A stretch of DNA of 64,000 bases from Takakia lepidozioides (taxonomy: Eukaryota; Plantae; Bryophyta). The DNA is taken from assembly GCA_030704615.1 (NCBI GenBank), contig CM060733.1, forward strand, positions 60,946,001 through 61,010,000, read 5' to 3'. Numbering within the stretch: position 1 is the stretch's first letter; each line of letters begins with the position of its first letter. Below are positions 1 through 12,912 of the stretch, piece after piece. The position numbers were made by a program, and so were the translations under genes. The notes below the pieces were generated by a model. That model ran no database searches, was not told where the DNA came from, and saw nothing but the letters and a program-made list of their open reading frames with translations.

Positions 1-45
1 GATGAATAAAAAACAGAGTAAGAGATTGATTCAACAGACGATAAG

Positions 46-2114
46 GAGGAATGCTAATTCGTGAGCCTGCTCATGAGCTCACGTGAGCCTATGAGCTTGG
101 CCAGGCTCATATGAGCCTGGGAAGGGGGCGGATATTTCACCTATTTATGTGCATTCGCCTCTTGCCAATACTTATCCCATGATTGAATGACAGCATCGGT
201 AACATCAGCTTGTCAAGTGAAAAAGAACGTAATCATAAAAATCAATTTCGCTGACGAAACCCAAGTTTGTGCTCACGTGAGTTCAATTTTGGACAAGAGC
301 TTGAAAGAGAGAAACAAAAACAAAAACAAAAATAAAAACCAATTTTGTTGACGAAACCCAAGTTTGTGCTTACGTGAGTTCAACTTTGGACACTCTTAGC
401 TACGATGAGTTTACACTGTCGAACAACGAGATACTGCACATGGTGTCATATTTATTTTTGATGTTGTATTACTTTGCCTCTTATGGGGGTGTTGACGCCC
501 ACATACTTCATGGACCTCCCGCAAGTCCAATGATCCCAAAATAAAAATAAAACAAAACAAAACAAAACCCGAAATTTTCAAAACAATTTAATCCCTAAAC
601 GACGAGGTGACCCGAAACATGTCGCCCCGTTTTTTCATTCATTTGTGGCGGGTGCGGATGAAGTCGGATGAAGGCAAGGGTTCAATGAAAAATTAAGCCC
701 GGAAAATTCTCTACACGATGGGCTTTATAGCGCCCCCAAACAATAAATATTCGGGCATCAGGAATTTTTGCAAGCATTGGGGGTCGAGTTTTTTGGGTGG
801 TTTGTGGTGGACCACGCAGGTTCACCAGGTACGTGGTAGTCACTGGCGGATTTAGCCGGAGGGGGTTTGCAGCAGGGTGCATGTGGGGGTGATGAGGCGG
901 GGAGGAACACCGGGACGATTGCACTGAGGTGGCCCTGGGAAAGATTGGGGATTCGTGACGTGGCCCGGAAAACGTCGCCGAATTCAGTGCCAAATCCGGC
1001 GACCATTTGCCTGAGTTGAAGGAGACTGGAAAATTCAGAACTGCCTCCATCCCAAATGCAATTTTGGAAAATTCTTTTTGGGAAATTCTTAGGCAGTGTA
1101 GTGTAGTTTAGTTCTTCGCCTACCACTGTTTGACCGTTGGAAATTTTGGTTGGAGTAAATTTTGGGGTCCCAATGGGACTTCAAACAGTAGCTTTGTAAA
1201 TTCAATCTTTTGCCCCCATTGCATTCACATACAAAGCACCCCCCCCCCTAATTTTTAGCAGATTGGGGTGAAATTTGGTGTGAGGGTTTGGGATGATCTA
1301 TTACATTAGAATATAACTCAGATTCTCCCAGCAACATTTAGCAACATGGGTTTTTTGCGTGGTCAAACATGAAGTTTCGGTTTGTTTTTTCCATTTTGCA
1401 GAACATTGACCATGTTCAATTCTTATAACGCCCAAATAAAACGGTGGAATCTCCCCAAATTTGGGGTGATTATGCATCTGGTAGGTAGGGATGACTTTCA
1501 ACGGCATGGATAAACTGGGGTAGGCAGCTACAGGCTGACGTGTGAGGGTGGGTCCCGGTTGTGTCAAAAAATCCAAAAACAGGTTAATATAAATGTCAGG
1601 ATTTACGTGGGCGTTGACGCCCACATAATCCGTGCAAATCCTTCAAAAAATCAAAACAATTTTTTTTTTCAAAAAACAAAATCTAATATAAAATGTAAGG
1701 ACTTATGTGGGTGTTGACGCCCACATAATTTGTGGACCTCTTGCAAGTCCTCCAATGACACAATAAAAAGCAAAAATTTCAAAATATTTTGGATAAAAAA
1801 TAAAAACATATCATAAGGTAACATAGCTTTGTGAGGTTTAGGAATTATGTGGTCGTCGACGCCCACATAAGTCCTCACACTTGATTACAGGTACGTAATG
1901 AATGCACCAATACAATTCTAATTTTTCAAATGACGTTGCTGGTATTCTCGCGGGAATAGGTCTGCCTTTGTCTTCGGGTATAGGCCCCATTTCTAATACC
2001 GCACCACTCTGCACTCACGACCACTAAGCGTGACGCCCAAACTCACGCTTACTGAATCAATCATGAGCCTGGGTTCATAGGCTCACGTGAACAGGCTCAC
2101 GCGTAGCTTCCCTG
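46..2114. mobile_element. Non-autonomous TIR DNA element, family A, copy 1
   Basis: Ends GAGGAATGCTAATTCGTGAGCC (46) and ...CACGCGTAGCTTCCCTG (2114) are imperfect inverted repeats rich in GTGAGCCT motifs. Both ends and the subterminal blocks match 27835-29215 in the opposite orientation. Internal GTTGACGCCCACATAA motifs recur. No clean TSD at this copy and no credible ORF. Confidence 0.7.
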
Positions 2115-2190
2115 CCGAAAATCAACAATGTTCATATCATCTATCTGCACCATTCATCACATCTCTTATTATCCACCTAATTTCTCTTTC

Positions 2191-2474
2191 ACTTCACTCC
2201 ACCATTCTGCTAAGCCATAGCTACTGCAATACCTCGGAAAGTACTTCTTCTGGTTTTCCAAGGTCACTGGTTTTCTAAGTTGTGTACTTCACTCCACCAT
2301 TCCGTTAAGCCATAAATACTGCAATACCTCGGAAAGTACTTCTAGTTTTCCAAGGTCACTGGCTTTCAGAGTTTTGTACTTCACTTTACCATTCCGCTAA
2401 GCCATAGCTACTGCAATACCCCGGAAAGTACTTCTTCTGGTTTTCCAAGGTCACTGGCTTTCTAAGTTTTGTAC
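2191..2474. repeat. Tandem repeat, 3 copies of about 95 bp
   Basis: Unit ACTTCACTCCACCATTC..TAAGCCATAGCTACTGCAATACCTCGGAAAGTACTTC..CCAAGGTCACTGG.. starts at 2191, 2286 and 2378. Confidence 0.9.
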
Positions 2475-3350
2475 ATTTGGTAGATCACATTTTGTCACAT
2501 TTCCTGTCACACTCTCCTAGCTATATTCTACCACTTTTTGCAGGTCTACAGAGGTGAACTTTAAGCCCCATGAACCTGAATAGGCTCCGCTTCAAGCTCT
2601 GTATCATAACCGATGGAAAGCTCTATCTTCGGGCTGCATAGCAAATCCGCTTGATCTGGTTGGGCCGTTTTTTTGTAAAGCCAACTGTAGAAACCGCAAC
2701 ATATAATCGTCAGTTGTTTTCACATCCACTTGCGACTCTATCAGACTCTGTCATTTGCGCACCAACAATTGTAACATGTCTGTGGTGAAATCCATTTCTT
2801 TTATCCATCCCCAAGCTAATTAAGTCAACTACCATGTATTCAACCTTGACCACAAAAAAAGTTCAGTTTAGTGTGCCTTTTGGCACTAATACCTAAGCAT
2901 AAGGCAGAAGGTTTCACATCAAACCAAGTGACGAAGAGCCCCATAATAGAGGCAGTGTTGTGCAAAGAAGGATGAGACTAACCCAAATGTTAGTGAGGAC
3001 ATTGCAACCATGCAGCCCTCAATGCATCTTGCGGAAAGCCTAGTCCTCATCCTGCTGTAGGTCAGTCAGTGATACATGATGTACATGGCTTAAAATGCAG
3101 CAGAGGAGTTAAATAACATCAACCACAATCCGAGCATTACGAATTTAATCAGAAAGTACTTCCCCATAACAAAAGTAGTTTTGCAGACATGAGACTTGCC
3201 CCCAACTCGCTATATAATTTAATAGGACACCACCTCATGTCAAACCAGCTTGGTCTCCACTGACTCTATGGCAGTGCAAATTAACTATACTGGTCCTAGA
3301 ATACTGCTCGGATTGGTGAAGTCTTCCGGACACTATGACTTGTTGCATGC

Positions 3351-4106
3351 GGGTAGTTGCAGACTACGGTGGACCAAAAACTGCGTAACATGGCAGTTTC
3401 TGCAGTGACCTCCATTCATGGTACCTTTTGTAGTAAAATCACAACTCAATATTTCATACAAGTTTATACGATCTAAGATTTGTAACTACAGTAGAGACAT
3501 ACTCCAAAAACTTTTATTGTAAATGAAAGAGCTATGGACTCTTAAAGTTGAATCTTACGGACTGCAGTGTTACACATGAAAAACCATATGGACTAAAAAA
3601 ACATCATATACACCTAAGTAATAGCAAAAAGGAAAACACATCAGGGGTGCCATTTTTTAAAGCTACCCAAATGCACTTTTATATGGACTAAAACATCAAG
3701 GAATGAGAGGTATGGACTAATTTATACTAAACACTGGGCCCAAACTGGGCCTATTTTCCCTAATGTATATCATCCTCATTTAGAGGCTTTTGGGATATCA
3801 TCATTACTAAAAAGGTGTAAAAACCCATAATGTAGAGGTGCCAAGTGATATATGGAAAAAATTCAAAAATCTCTAATTATTAGAAATGAAAAATAATTTT
3901 CTATTTTTCAGAATTAAATACTAAAATTTCTAATAAAAACACTCTATCCTATTTGGGGTGGGACTTTTTACTAAAAGTGTTAAATATATCATATCTATCA
4001 TCTAAAATTAAATATTTGGACAAAGTCCCTCAATTTGAGGTATCTATATAGACTTTTGTAGAAGAAAAATTTGCCTCTTTTGGTCCACCGTACCCTGCAA
4101 CTGCCC
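3351..4106. mobile_element. MITE family B, copy 1 (GGG termini, 4-bp TSD; Sola2-like)
   Basis: 29-bp TIR with 3 mismatches: GGGTAGTTGCAGACTACGGTGGACCAAAA versus reverse complement of right end GGGCAGTTGCAGGGTACGGTGGACCAAAA. Flanked by ATGC on both sides. AT-rich interior is homologous to 30785-31535. Confidence 0.75.
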
Positions 4107-5489
4107 ATGCATCTACAGGGACTGTACATGCCAATTGTTCCAACTATTCTGTGAGATAGTATATGGTCAAGTTTTTGTTTACAAGTTGAGCAGAACCAGA
4201 GAAGTTGGAAGACCAACATCCATGACTGAACTTGATCTTTTGGACAACCCAACCCAACATCTAATAGGTCCATTTCATCGTCTCACACAAGTATCTCACT
4301 TCCCTACTCTATGCGTCCTCTCAATAGCCTACGAGTTTACCTTGGTTCCTAGAGTTCTGGTGACAAGGGTTTTGCCAACTGATCGTCGTGTAAATATGGT
4401 AGGGCCTTGATACACACCAATCCTTCTGTTAGCAAGGGTCCACCTTGCACAATTGACAAATTCCCACTTTTGAGTCAACTGCGCAGCCATCCTCTATAGT
4501 ACCTTGTCTACCTCTGGAGTCTTACTAAGTTTTACGTCAACGGATGACTAGATTCCCGAATGTTCCGAATGTTCCGAAACCTAGACCGCTATTACTAGCA
4601 TTAACAAATCCAAAATGTTCGCCCCATCTTACAGAATCTGGTTTCCAGGAAAACCATACGGAAAATGATTCTAAATCTTATAAAGCATACATAATATACT
4701 CATGGAACTCTGATAGATGAATGATGAAAACAACACTGGAAGGGGAGAAGGACTCGAAACCACGATGTTAGAGTTACGATGCGATCCTACTCCTTGCTGC
4801 TAGACTAAACTTTTCAACAAAATGTCCTGCAATCGGAATTCCACGACAATCCCAACCCCCCTATTCCATTTCACTCGTCTCACCCACCTTCCACACAACA
4901 ATATCAAAAACTTCTTGAACGAAATCACTCACATTTTCTTCGTCCTACCCTTCTTGCCCTTGGAGATGCGTTTGTTCTTGTCGACCGCCATTGCTGTGAG
5001 AACGTCCTGGGAAGCAGGCAAAGTAAGCACCCTTTAGGGGCCACGAAGGCAGCAGAGGCCCATGCTCGAAAGCAGAAAGAGACAACAAACAGGGGTTTGA
5101 ACCCCATATCCACATGCCAAAGCAATTTAACAAAAACTTTGACAAGATCTCGTTTAAGGCTCAATTTTTGCTTGACCTTCGCAGATTCTGCAATAACCAT
5201 TTAGGCACCTGTCTTGAACTCCATCTTTTCCCCCACGTTGAAGAACCAGTGCAAGGATTAAATTTGGGAGGAGAAGAGGATTACGAGGTGTAAATTAGGG
5301 ATTTTGAGGACGTGGATTGGGAGTGGGATGCGTTGGGATGCTCTGGGCTTAGCAAGGGCGAGTGCAAAGCTATGAGGATCCGAGGAATTATGCCGGGTGT
5401 GTTATTGCACTGCAATTTTGCTGTGGTGTGTAGAAATCCGTTGCGCTCGACTACGACATACATGGTGTGAGTTCGGCGAGGCAGGTATG

Positions 5490-5722
5490 GTGTGATCTGC
5501 CACAAGATGCAAACGGCCAAGTTTGTAAACAACTTCGAATTCAAACTCGTGCAAGATTATTAACCATCTTGCTATCCTGCCACTTATCAAAGGCTTGTTC
5601 ACCAGATAAATCAAAGCCTGATGATCCACATAAAACATAAACTTCCTTTCCAATAGGTACTGCCTGAATTTCTTGACTGCATAAATCATTGCCAATGCTT
5701 CTCTTTCAGTGGTGCTATAGCA
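5490..5722 (-). mobile_element. Ty3/gypsy pol remnant (RNase H region)
   Basis: Translation YSTTEREALAMIYAVKKFRQYLL..F..YVDHQALIYLVNKP..SGRIARWLIILHEFEFEVVYK.GRLHLVADH matches the Ty3/gypsy RNase H motif series. Isolated fragment. Confidence 0.85.
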
Positions 5723-6475
5723 TAGTTAGCTCTACGGCTCGAAAAACGTGGAACTTGCAGTTGAGAGAGTGGGGTTGTTAGTGCTAGAAAGGGTCAGTGC
5801 ATATGTAGTTGTGGTCGTGAGCATACACTTCTTTCATTGGACTGTTCCCACCTGAATGCAAACAGCTCTGAGTTGGTCAAGTATGGTTGTACAATTTGGA
5901 ATTAAGGAATTAGAAAACTGCCAAGCTTTTCCCTCACCTGATCATGTTTGAATTGAATTGTTTCTAATTTGTTGCGTTTATGTCTGATGGGGGTGTCTTT
6001 ATTATATTTGCATACATGCATATTACATTCTAGAGGTCCACTGTATGGAGCAGAATGATCGAACTCTAAATCTATACTCAGAAAGAGTGATAATCACAGA
6101 ACCCTTGTTCATTTTAATACTTTATTCATTCTTGCATTCTGTCTCTCCAACTATTTGGATTTCTCTTCCCTCCAGTTCCATGAAAATTTTCCTTTTAGAT
6201 TCTTCAAATGCAAACGTCTTCATAACAACGACGACTCGCCATTCACTCTCATTATTTTCCCTCCAATCTGCTCCCGACTCCAGCTCAACAAATTCCATTG
6301 CGGACTCCATCTCTGTCACACGTGGAAAAATAACCGTTTGGCAAAACAATAGCGAAACCTCTTGGTCACTTGACCATTCTTGGGATGAGCTAAAACATTG
6401 TTCTCAATTGTGGCCGCTCAAAAATTGCCACATATGCATCCACTAGTGCCACATAATCTAGAATTTTCATTGATA

Positions 6476-6576
6476 GGCCATGTCTAAACCATCTACCGGC
6501 CAAAACCTTAAATTTGTCCAATCATTGACCACCACCACATTTTGGCCACTCATTTCAGCCGTGTCTAAACTCGGCC
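6476..6576. mobile_element. Possible Tourist-like mini-MITE
   Basis: Left end GGCCATGTCTAAAC versus reverse complement of right end GGCCGAGTTTAGAC (10/14 match). Flanks ATA and TTA. Degenerate. Confidence 0.3.
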
Positions 6577-7229
6577 TTAGTTACCTCAGCTCTACTCAGA
6601 GTATTTTTTTCTCTATAATACAAATAGTACCCTGAAGGATTACTGCCTTCCATTTGGAAGGTAAACACCTTCTAATGCCGTAACTAGGGCAACGTAAGAG
6701 GGTTAAGTAACCAGTTGATCCAGTAGATTTCTTTTCTCAACAAAGCTCAAGGAGCCGACGCTGCATGAATCCCGCAAAAATACCATCAGATCGCATGCGG
6801 CCTACATAAGTTCTTACAGTATTCCTATTGTTTTTCACATAAAATACATTTCCAATCAAAATGAAATAAATATTAATTCTTTTGTAAACTTATCAGAACT
6901 AGTAGTTACCCCTAGTATTGTGCTATATATTTAATAATTCCAGCATAGTAGAGTATCCATAGTAGAGTAATGGGCCGAGGCTCAAATGCAAATTGATGAC
7001 CGTGGGCCCCACCACCCGCCTCGCCACCTGTGAGGCTGATCGTGTGGTAGTGTGGGAGAATGCCGCACTCCAAGTGCGTTATATAGGGTGGGAGCGGGAC
7101 GAAATTTGGTGAGGGGCACTATTTTGAAGTGCGAGAATGTGTCGCTGGGGACGCGCAATCTCGTCCGAAATTGGCGGCCATACCTCTCGGTTTGAACCTG
7201 GATCAACCTTCACATCAGAGCCAATAACT

Positions 7230-7560
7230 CAAATGGTTGATATGGCAGTTGGAGGAGAATCTCCCAAGCTAGTGAAAGTTGGATCCCATCTAACAGCGGA
7301 ACAAGCATTGGAGTATCAGACATTGTTCAAAGAATTCAGAGACATCTTCACATGGTCACACCGAGCTGAAAGGGGTACCCTCTTATGTTGCTATGCACTC
7401 TATTCCCTTGATTCCGGAGCTACACCACGACGACAATGCGAAAGAAGGGTAAACCCAAATTTGGTGTTACTCATCAAAACAGAAATTGAGAAGCTGTTGG
7501 CTGCAGAATTCATCTTCCCAGTGGAAACATCGGCTTGGTATCTCCCATTGTGATTGTCCG
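7230..7560 (+). mobile_element. Ty3/gypsy pol remnant (segment leading into RT)
   Basis: Across frameshifts it reads VKVGSHLT..YQTLFKEFRDIFTWSH/ELKGVP..MHSIPL/DSGATPRRQCERRVNPNLVLLIKTEIEKLLAAEFIFPVETSAW/VSPIVIV, typical of the gypsy pre-RT region. Confidence 0.8.
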
Positions 7561-8704
7561 ACAATGTTTTGTTTTTTTGTTTTTACTGGCAATGAAACTC
7601 TCCTAAACTCAACACCTATATCTGAGTACTCCTCGCATTTTTATTGAAGTACCCTATGTCTCCATTGACTCGTTTTTCCGTTTGCGAGTGTATTACCTCT
7701 ATAACTGTGGGTTGTGCTCTCATAAGACCAACCCCCTACTTCAACAAAAGTCTTCATCTCTTCCTGTTATTTGTGGACCTAACATAAGTCCAAAACTAAC
7801 TAAAATTGAATTGTGGTCTTCATTTGCGTTATCCCCCTTGAAAATGGAAAAAAAACAAGGGTTACCTCCCTTCTCAACTAAAAAAAACTGGTAGGCAAGC
7901 AGCCCTTGGACGTGTAAAATGATCCATGAACACCTCGTTTGCGCCTCCCCCAGGACATCTGTCTCCTGGGCCCCCTCATTGAAATGGCTGGTTCATGGCA
8001 CTAAGAACACCCTCTATGGCTTGGAGCTCGATCCGGAAGGCCTGGTTGCGGCTGAGGCTTTCAGCGCAGGGCCACTTCGTTCGCTGAGGCCATCAGACAG
8101 CCCCTATTCGGGAACTTCAATCTGGACTCTGCACCTCTGATCAAATTGACCAGGAAGTGGGCTTCATGGGAAGCAGCTGGCTACAGTCATGTGGTGAATA
8201 TCTGGGAGAATGGTCAATTTGTGTCGGAGGACCTGCTTTGCAGTACCTTCCTCGGCGCACTCTCAATGGTGGCTGGGATGCCATCTGTCAGGGAGCCTCT
8301 TACCTCACCCCATTGCTGATATCAGAGTAGAGAGAGATGACTCCGGCCGACATCATGACTGCTTCCTGACCTATCGCCAAGTTCGGCATCTGTTTTCTCT
8401 AGCTCTAGCTCTGATAGATTCCCTTATAGATCTAGAGCGCTCTTTTTGGATGCAGTGTCGTCCGCCCGCTTTTCCCCCTCCACTTTCCCTGTTTGTTCGT
8501 CTCCGGGTAGTTCCCCTTGTGTTGTCGCCTTCACGCCCCCCTCAGAGGTTAATTTTTCCTCTCGTATCTCTTATCCCTTTAATAAATTTCCAGGGCCACT
8601 GTCCCCTGTTCTGTTTAAAAATAAAAAAATAAAAAATAAAAAAAACAGTTCGTGCTCAATTGAAACTGTTCACAAAATCTGTTAGCATATCGCCAGGACT
8701 ACGC

Positions 8705-8955
8705 TTACCCAACGAGAACGAGTTTAATGTGAGCTTGTGACGTGGGGTAAAACCCCTTGTCCGAAGGAAAGATGAAGAATAGCTTTATATGATCGAGACC
8801 GACCTGGTTGCGGAGATGCAGAAAACCCCGAGTTGCTGGCAGGGATCGCCATCGCTTGCACACCATCGGTAAGCGGCAAAGATTGTGCAAGATAAGCATG
8901 CCAACACTCTGTCCAGTAAGTCGCACGACAGCCTACTCCACACCTCACTGTCCAT
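8705..8955 (-). pseudogene. F-box protein pseudogene fragment
   Basis: F-box motif split over two frames: MDSEVWSRLSCDLLDRVLACL then HNLCRLPMVCKRWRSLPATRGFLHL, with a frameshift near 8890. No downstream domain recognised. Confidence 0.7.
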
Positions 8956-11900
8956 AACCGTTGGTGGATCGTGATGAGAGACCATCTTTGGGTTAGAGGC
9001 ATCCTCACGGCCTTGCTGTCACGAAGCCGCTCTTTCTACTCAAGACTTTGTCCGGTGGCCACAACTGTCATGTCCCACCACAAATTCGCAATCTGTGAAG
9101 GAAGCAAGTGGGAGTCTAACTTTTAGAGACCTGCGCGCTTAAATATATGTAAGGATACAGAACCCAAGTTTGGGTTTGCATAAATATAGCACCTGGTTGT
9201 TTACTAAATTCGCCACACACTTTTACTTTAAAAAAATTCTCCTGTTCTTGCAAACCAAATTTAAGGTGTCGCTACTCAAAGGCCAATCCAGTAGCATGGC
9301 CTGAATTAGGGCTGCCATAAAAATCTTGGCCACTGAGGTCTACCTACGTGATTATCTATCGATCAAGGGTAAGGATGAGATGTCCATAAGGTTCTCAATG
9401 CTTTACTACAACTAATTAAACATCTGAAATGATCATGTGCTAAATTTTCTCTCTATATCAACGGATCCCTCTTCCTTTCTCTGCATGACTGAAAGATGTC
9501 CACCTTCGGAAGAGAAAGAGAAGGCAGTAACTTCACCTCGAAGACACCGTAATTTACGCTAGCTTCAATAAGAGTCAATCTTTTTCGCTTTTTCGTATTT
9601 AAATTAGACTGAAACATCATACAACAAAATTTACAACATGGTTGATACCTAGATCATACTAAAGAGATCATCCCCGATGTATCTAGATTCTAAATACTCA
9701 ACCAGAAGCTTAGCCTGTCCTTTGCCACCCCTGGGGTGATCCCACTTAAACTGCAATGAGGGACGTAGCCTCAGCCTCGTCATCATATACCCATCAAAGA
9801 GTCCTGCCACCTGCGGGCCTCTCTAAACCTCGACTAAGCAAATTTAACGAGGGTACTCCTAGGACGGTTGGATTTGGTCATATCATTCATCTTGCAAGTT
9901 TGTTTCTCTTACCCAGAAAATAAACGAAGCTTCTGCATCCTCCAGAGGAGTTTACTAATCCGATACGCAGAATGCATAGAGATACAAAAAATGGCCCGAC
10001 CGTGAGTTCCATGCAAAATTGAAGGTTGACATTCGTGGCACAAAACAGTAATTTCGTCCACAAGCGTGCTCGATTCTACTCCGGCTGTGCGCCTTACAAG
10101 CTTTTCTGTAAGGAAGAAAGCATCTTTATCAGGGTTTAGGAGGTAAATACATTGGTGCACGCATTTTGTTTAAAGATGAGCTTCTATCCTTCGCACCTCG
10201 GACAGTCTTGCACTTTGAAGAGAACCATCGGCTGATGTCTTGCGCGTTACAGCAACGTTAAATTATACTTAATAAGTATTAAGTATTAAGTATTATACTT
10301 GAATACTTTACAGTAACCTGGACTTTATGTGAATTTGTGGTAACGCGTTATTGACACGTAATTCCGTTGATTTTTATTATTGAATATTAGAGCAGAAAGC
10401 TAGGGAGGGTTCGGTCAAAGACACAATCCTCTTCTGTTCCCTTCGTTAGAACTTCGCACCACATCAAGCGACAAACTTTCCTTTGCTGGTCGAAGTTCGA
10501 ACAGCCATTGCAATCTGGAGTTGAAGATCTAGCCATCGGCGGATTTTTGGCTGTTGCCCGTCAGAGCTCTTCTTAAGTAAGTGACAGTCTTTGTGGGGGT
10601 TTTCGGCAACAAATCGTTGGACAGGTAATTCCCTTGTTTTCGATGAGAGTTTGACGAAAGACACGATGTCACAAGTTGAGTTTGGAGTTTGCACTACATG
10701 TGAGCATCAAACTAGATCAAAACACTTGTAAGACTCAGTTCCTATTAAGGCCATCTTTATTCCCAGGTGGTGGATCAAGCTTCACTCCGGGGAAGGGATC
10801 ATGGTAAGTTATCTTATCTGAGTTTTGTTGTTGTCACCTCGCAGCTGCACAGACCCTCGTCAGAAGATATTGTACATGAAAGAAACATATACAGCACTGC
10901 CACTCAAGCAGTCAACTGGATACATGAATCTAGCAGGAGATTGGCGAACGTTCGATAGTTAGCCATACCGGCCCCTTTGCAAATTCAGTGCAACACCCCA
11001 ATGCTTTGACGTAAATTTCCTGCGATCCCACAAACCCATGCTGACATTGCTGGTGAACTTAGCCGATTACAAGACTCTCGAGTTGAGTTCTTTCCCGATT
11101 GAGAACTTTGTAGTCCGCTCTTCTTCAGTACTATAAGTGCACCCTCCTTTCGATCGACGGCCGCCTGGCGAGTGGGTGATATCACAATAATTACGATCCG
11201 GTGTAACTCTCCATCGCTAGTACCTACGCCGAACTGATCCGGCTCATCACTGTTTTAACTTGCATTATTGCCAGATGGAAATCTTTTCAAGACCTCTTTT
11301 GTTTCAGCTGATATACTCAGCATCTCTCATCTGTACGTAAAGCATGCCGGTACGGATCAACCAAAGTGTCCACTTCTGTCGCAAATTTGCCAGGAGTTCA
11401 GTTCACTTCAGGGTCGAGGGTCATGGACGAAGGCAGTAGTTACTACAAAACATTACAAAAACTGAATTCCGACGGGGGTGTGTGCATGAGAATATGAACA
11501 CTCGATGGCTGGGGATGTGTAAACCAAACTACTGATGGCCTAGACTTGAAGGCCTCCTTTCCTCCAATAACACCTGCATCAACCCCCCATGTGTTGGTTC
11601 ATATTTCATTCATGAGAAAGGTGGCGTGGGTCTCCTCGCCGTCTCTACCCGGCCTACCTCCATCAAGTCCTGGGCCCCTCGCCTCCGCCGACCGGATGGA
11701 CGCAGCCCCGGAGACTTTTTCTCGACTACTTAATCATCTAGTTAACTAGAGTGTAGGGCACGACCTCCTTGGAGGTCTTACCCGCTTCATCTCCATTACC
11801 AAAATTCCCAACCTTGCTTACCATTTCGGATTACAGTTGAGCTCGGCTTGCTCGCTTCTAAGAATTAATCATCCCTCCAGAAAACCAAAAGAATCATTGT

Positions 11901-12739
11901 GCGTCCGCAACAAAAATCTGAAAGCCCGTCCCCAAATTGTTACAATCCTCTTCCACCTCGTTGTTAACTGATCTCAGTGAAACAGTACAAGGAGCAGAAG
12001 GGACACGAACTCAACGAGCTGCAGACAGCCATTCTTTTAGTGGCGAATAATCGCCAGATTTCGACCTCGCGCGGGTCTTGGCGACAGGGGTAAAGGGAAA
12101 TCAGGCTGAAAAATCATCATTTTCCGCCAAAGTCTGATCTGATGGGCCCACCATTCGCTAGAGGGGCCGCCACAGGGAGGCACATGGCGCCATATTGAGT
12201 GAAGACAGTTTACAACAAAGGAGCCAGATCCCACCGACCACGTGCAGGACATCGCCGCATTCCGAGTGCGCGGGAGGACGTGGAGCCAGCTATGTTGCCC
12301 ATATTTGTATATATATATATATATATGGGTAAGTGTAGTATAGTCTCTATAGATAGACTTTGTAGTTAAAATATATCGTATTTGTGTATGGGTAGCGTAG
12401 TGGTAGAGATCTATCAGCCTAGCCAATCGACTTGGTGTTCAATTCTTAACATCACATCGTTTTTTTTATAGCAACCTGGTTTGGATGATAAAGTTCCTAA
12501 ATATGAAAAAGGTGGCCGCGGATGAGGGTAAAAGGGTGACTGCAGAGGAGGATGATAATCAAAAGGGTGGCAGAGGGTTACAAAAACGGAATGAGAATGT
12601 TATCTATTCATTGTTTTTGGGATGAAAGGACACATGTCAGCAAATTTAGGACCTAAGAAAAAGAAAACCTAAAACACATCTTCCTTCTTTCATTTTTTTT
12701 CCTCCCATAAAACACAAAACTAAACATAGTTAAACTAAA

Positions 12740-12912
12740 CAAATCTTGCTATGAACGGGTGTGGTATGGTTCCTGGGCGGTGTCCCCTCATTTGTCTCCA
12801 TGGTGCGGTTACTGTGAAAGAGGTTATTTCTCCTCTCACTACTAAGGGGCCTGATTTGTGAGCTGTCGCTCCCAGGTGTTTCCCTTTTATAATATTTATT
12901 TTAAAAAAAAAA
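12740..12912 (+). mobile_element. tRNA-derived SINE, 5'-truncated copy
   Basis: Body GGGTGTGGTATG..GTTACTGTGAAAGAGG..CCTGATTTGTGAGCTGTCGCTCCCAGGTGTTTCCC matches the copy at 26001-26226. It starts within the B-box region and ends in an A/T-rich tail. Confidence 0.7.

Noticed and set aside
2191-2474. CRISPR-like array
   Set aside because: Whole ~95-bp units are repeated with no unique spacers; eukaryotic context and no cas genes.
3365-4092. Tc1/mariner (Stowaway-like) reading: TA + CGGTGGACCAAAA TIR
   Set aside because: The inverted repeat extends further out on both sides, and the second copy shares the outer GGGYA.TTGCAG but not this inner motif, so the TA is internal to the TIR.
9540-11830. 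Possible minus-strand gene (ATG near 11824, exon-like stretches)
   Set aside because: Frames are broken by stops and shifts and no family was recognisable. It may be a decayed gene but cannot be supported.
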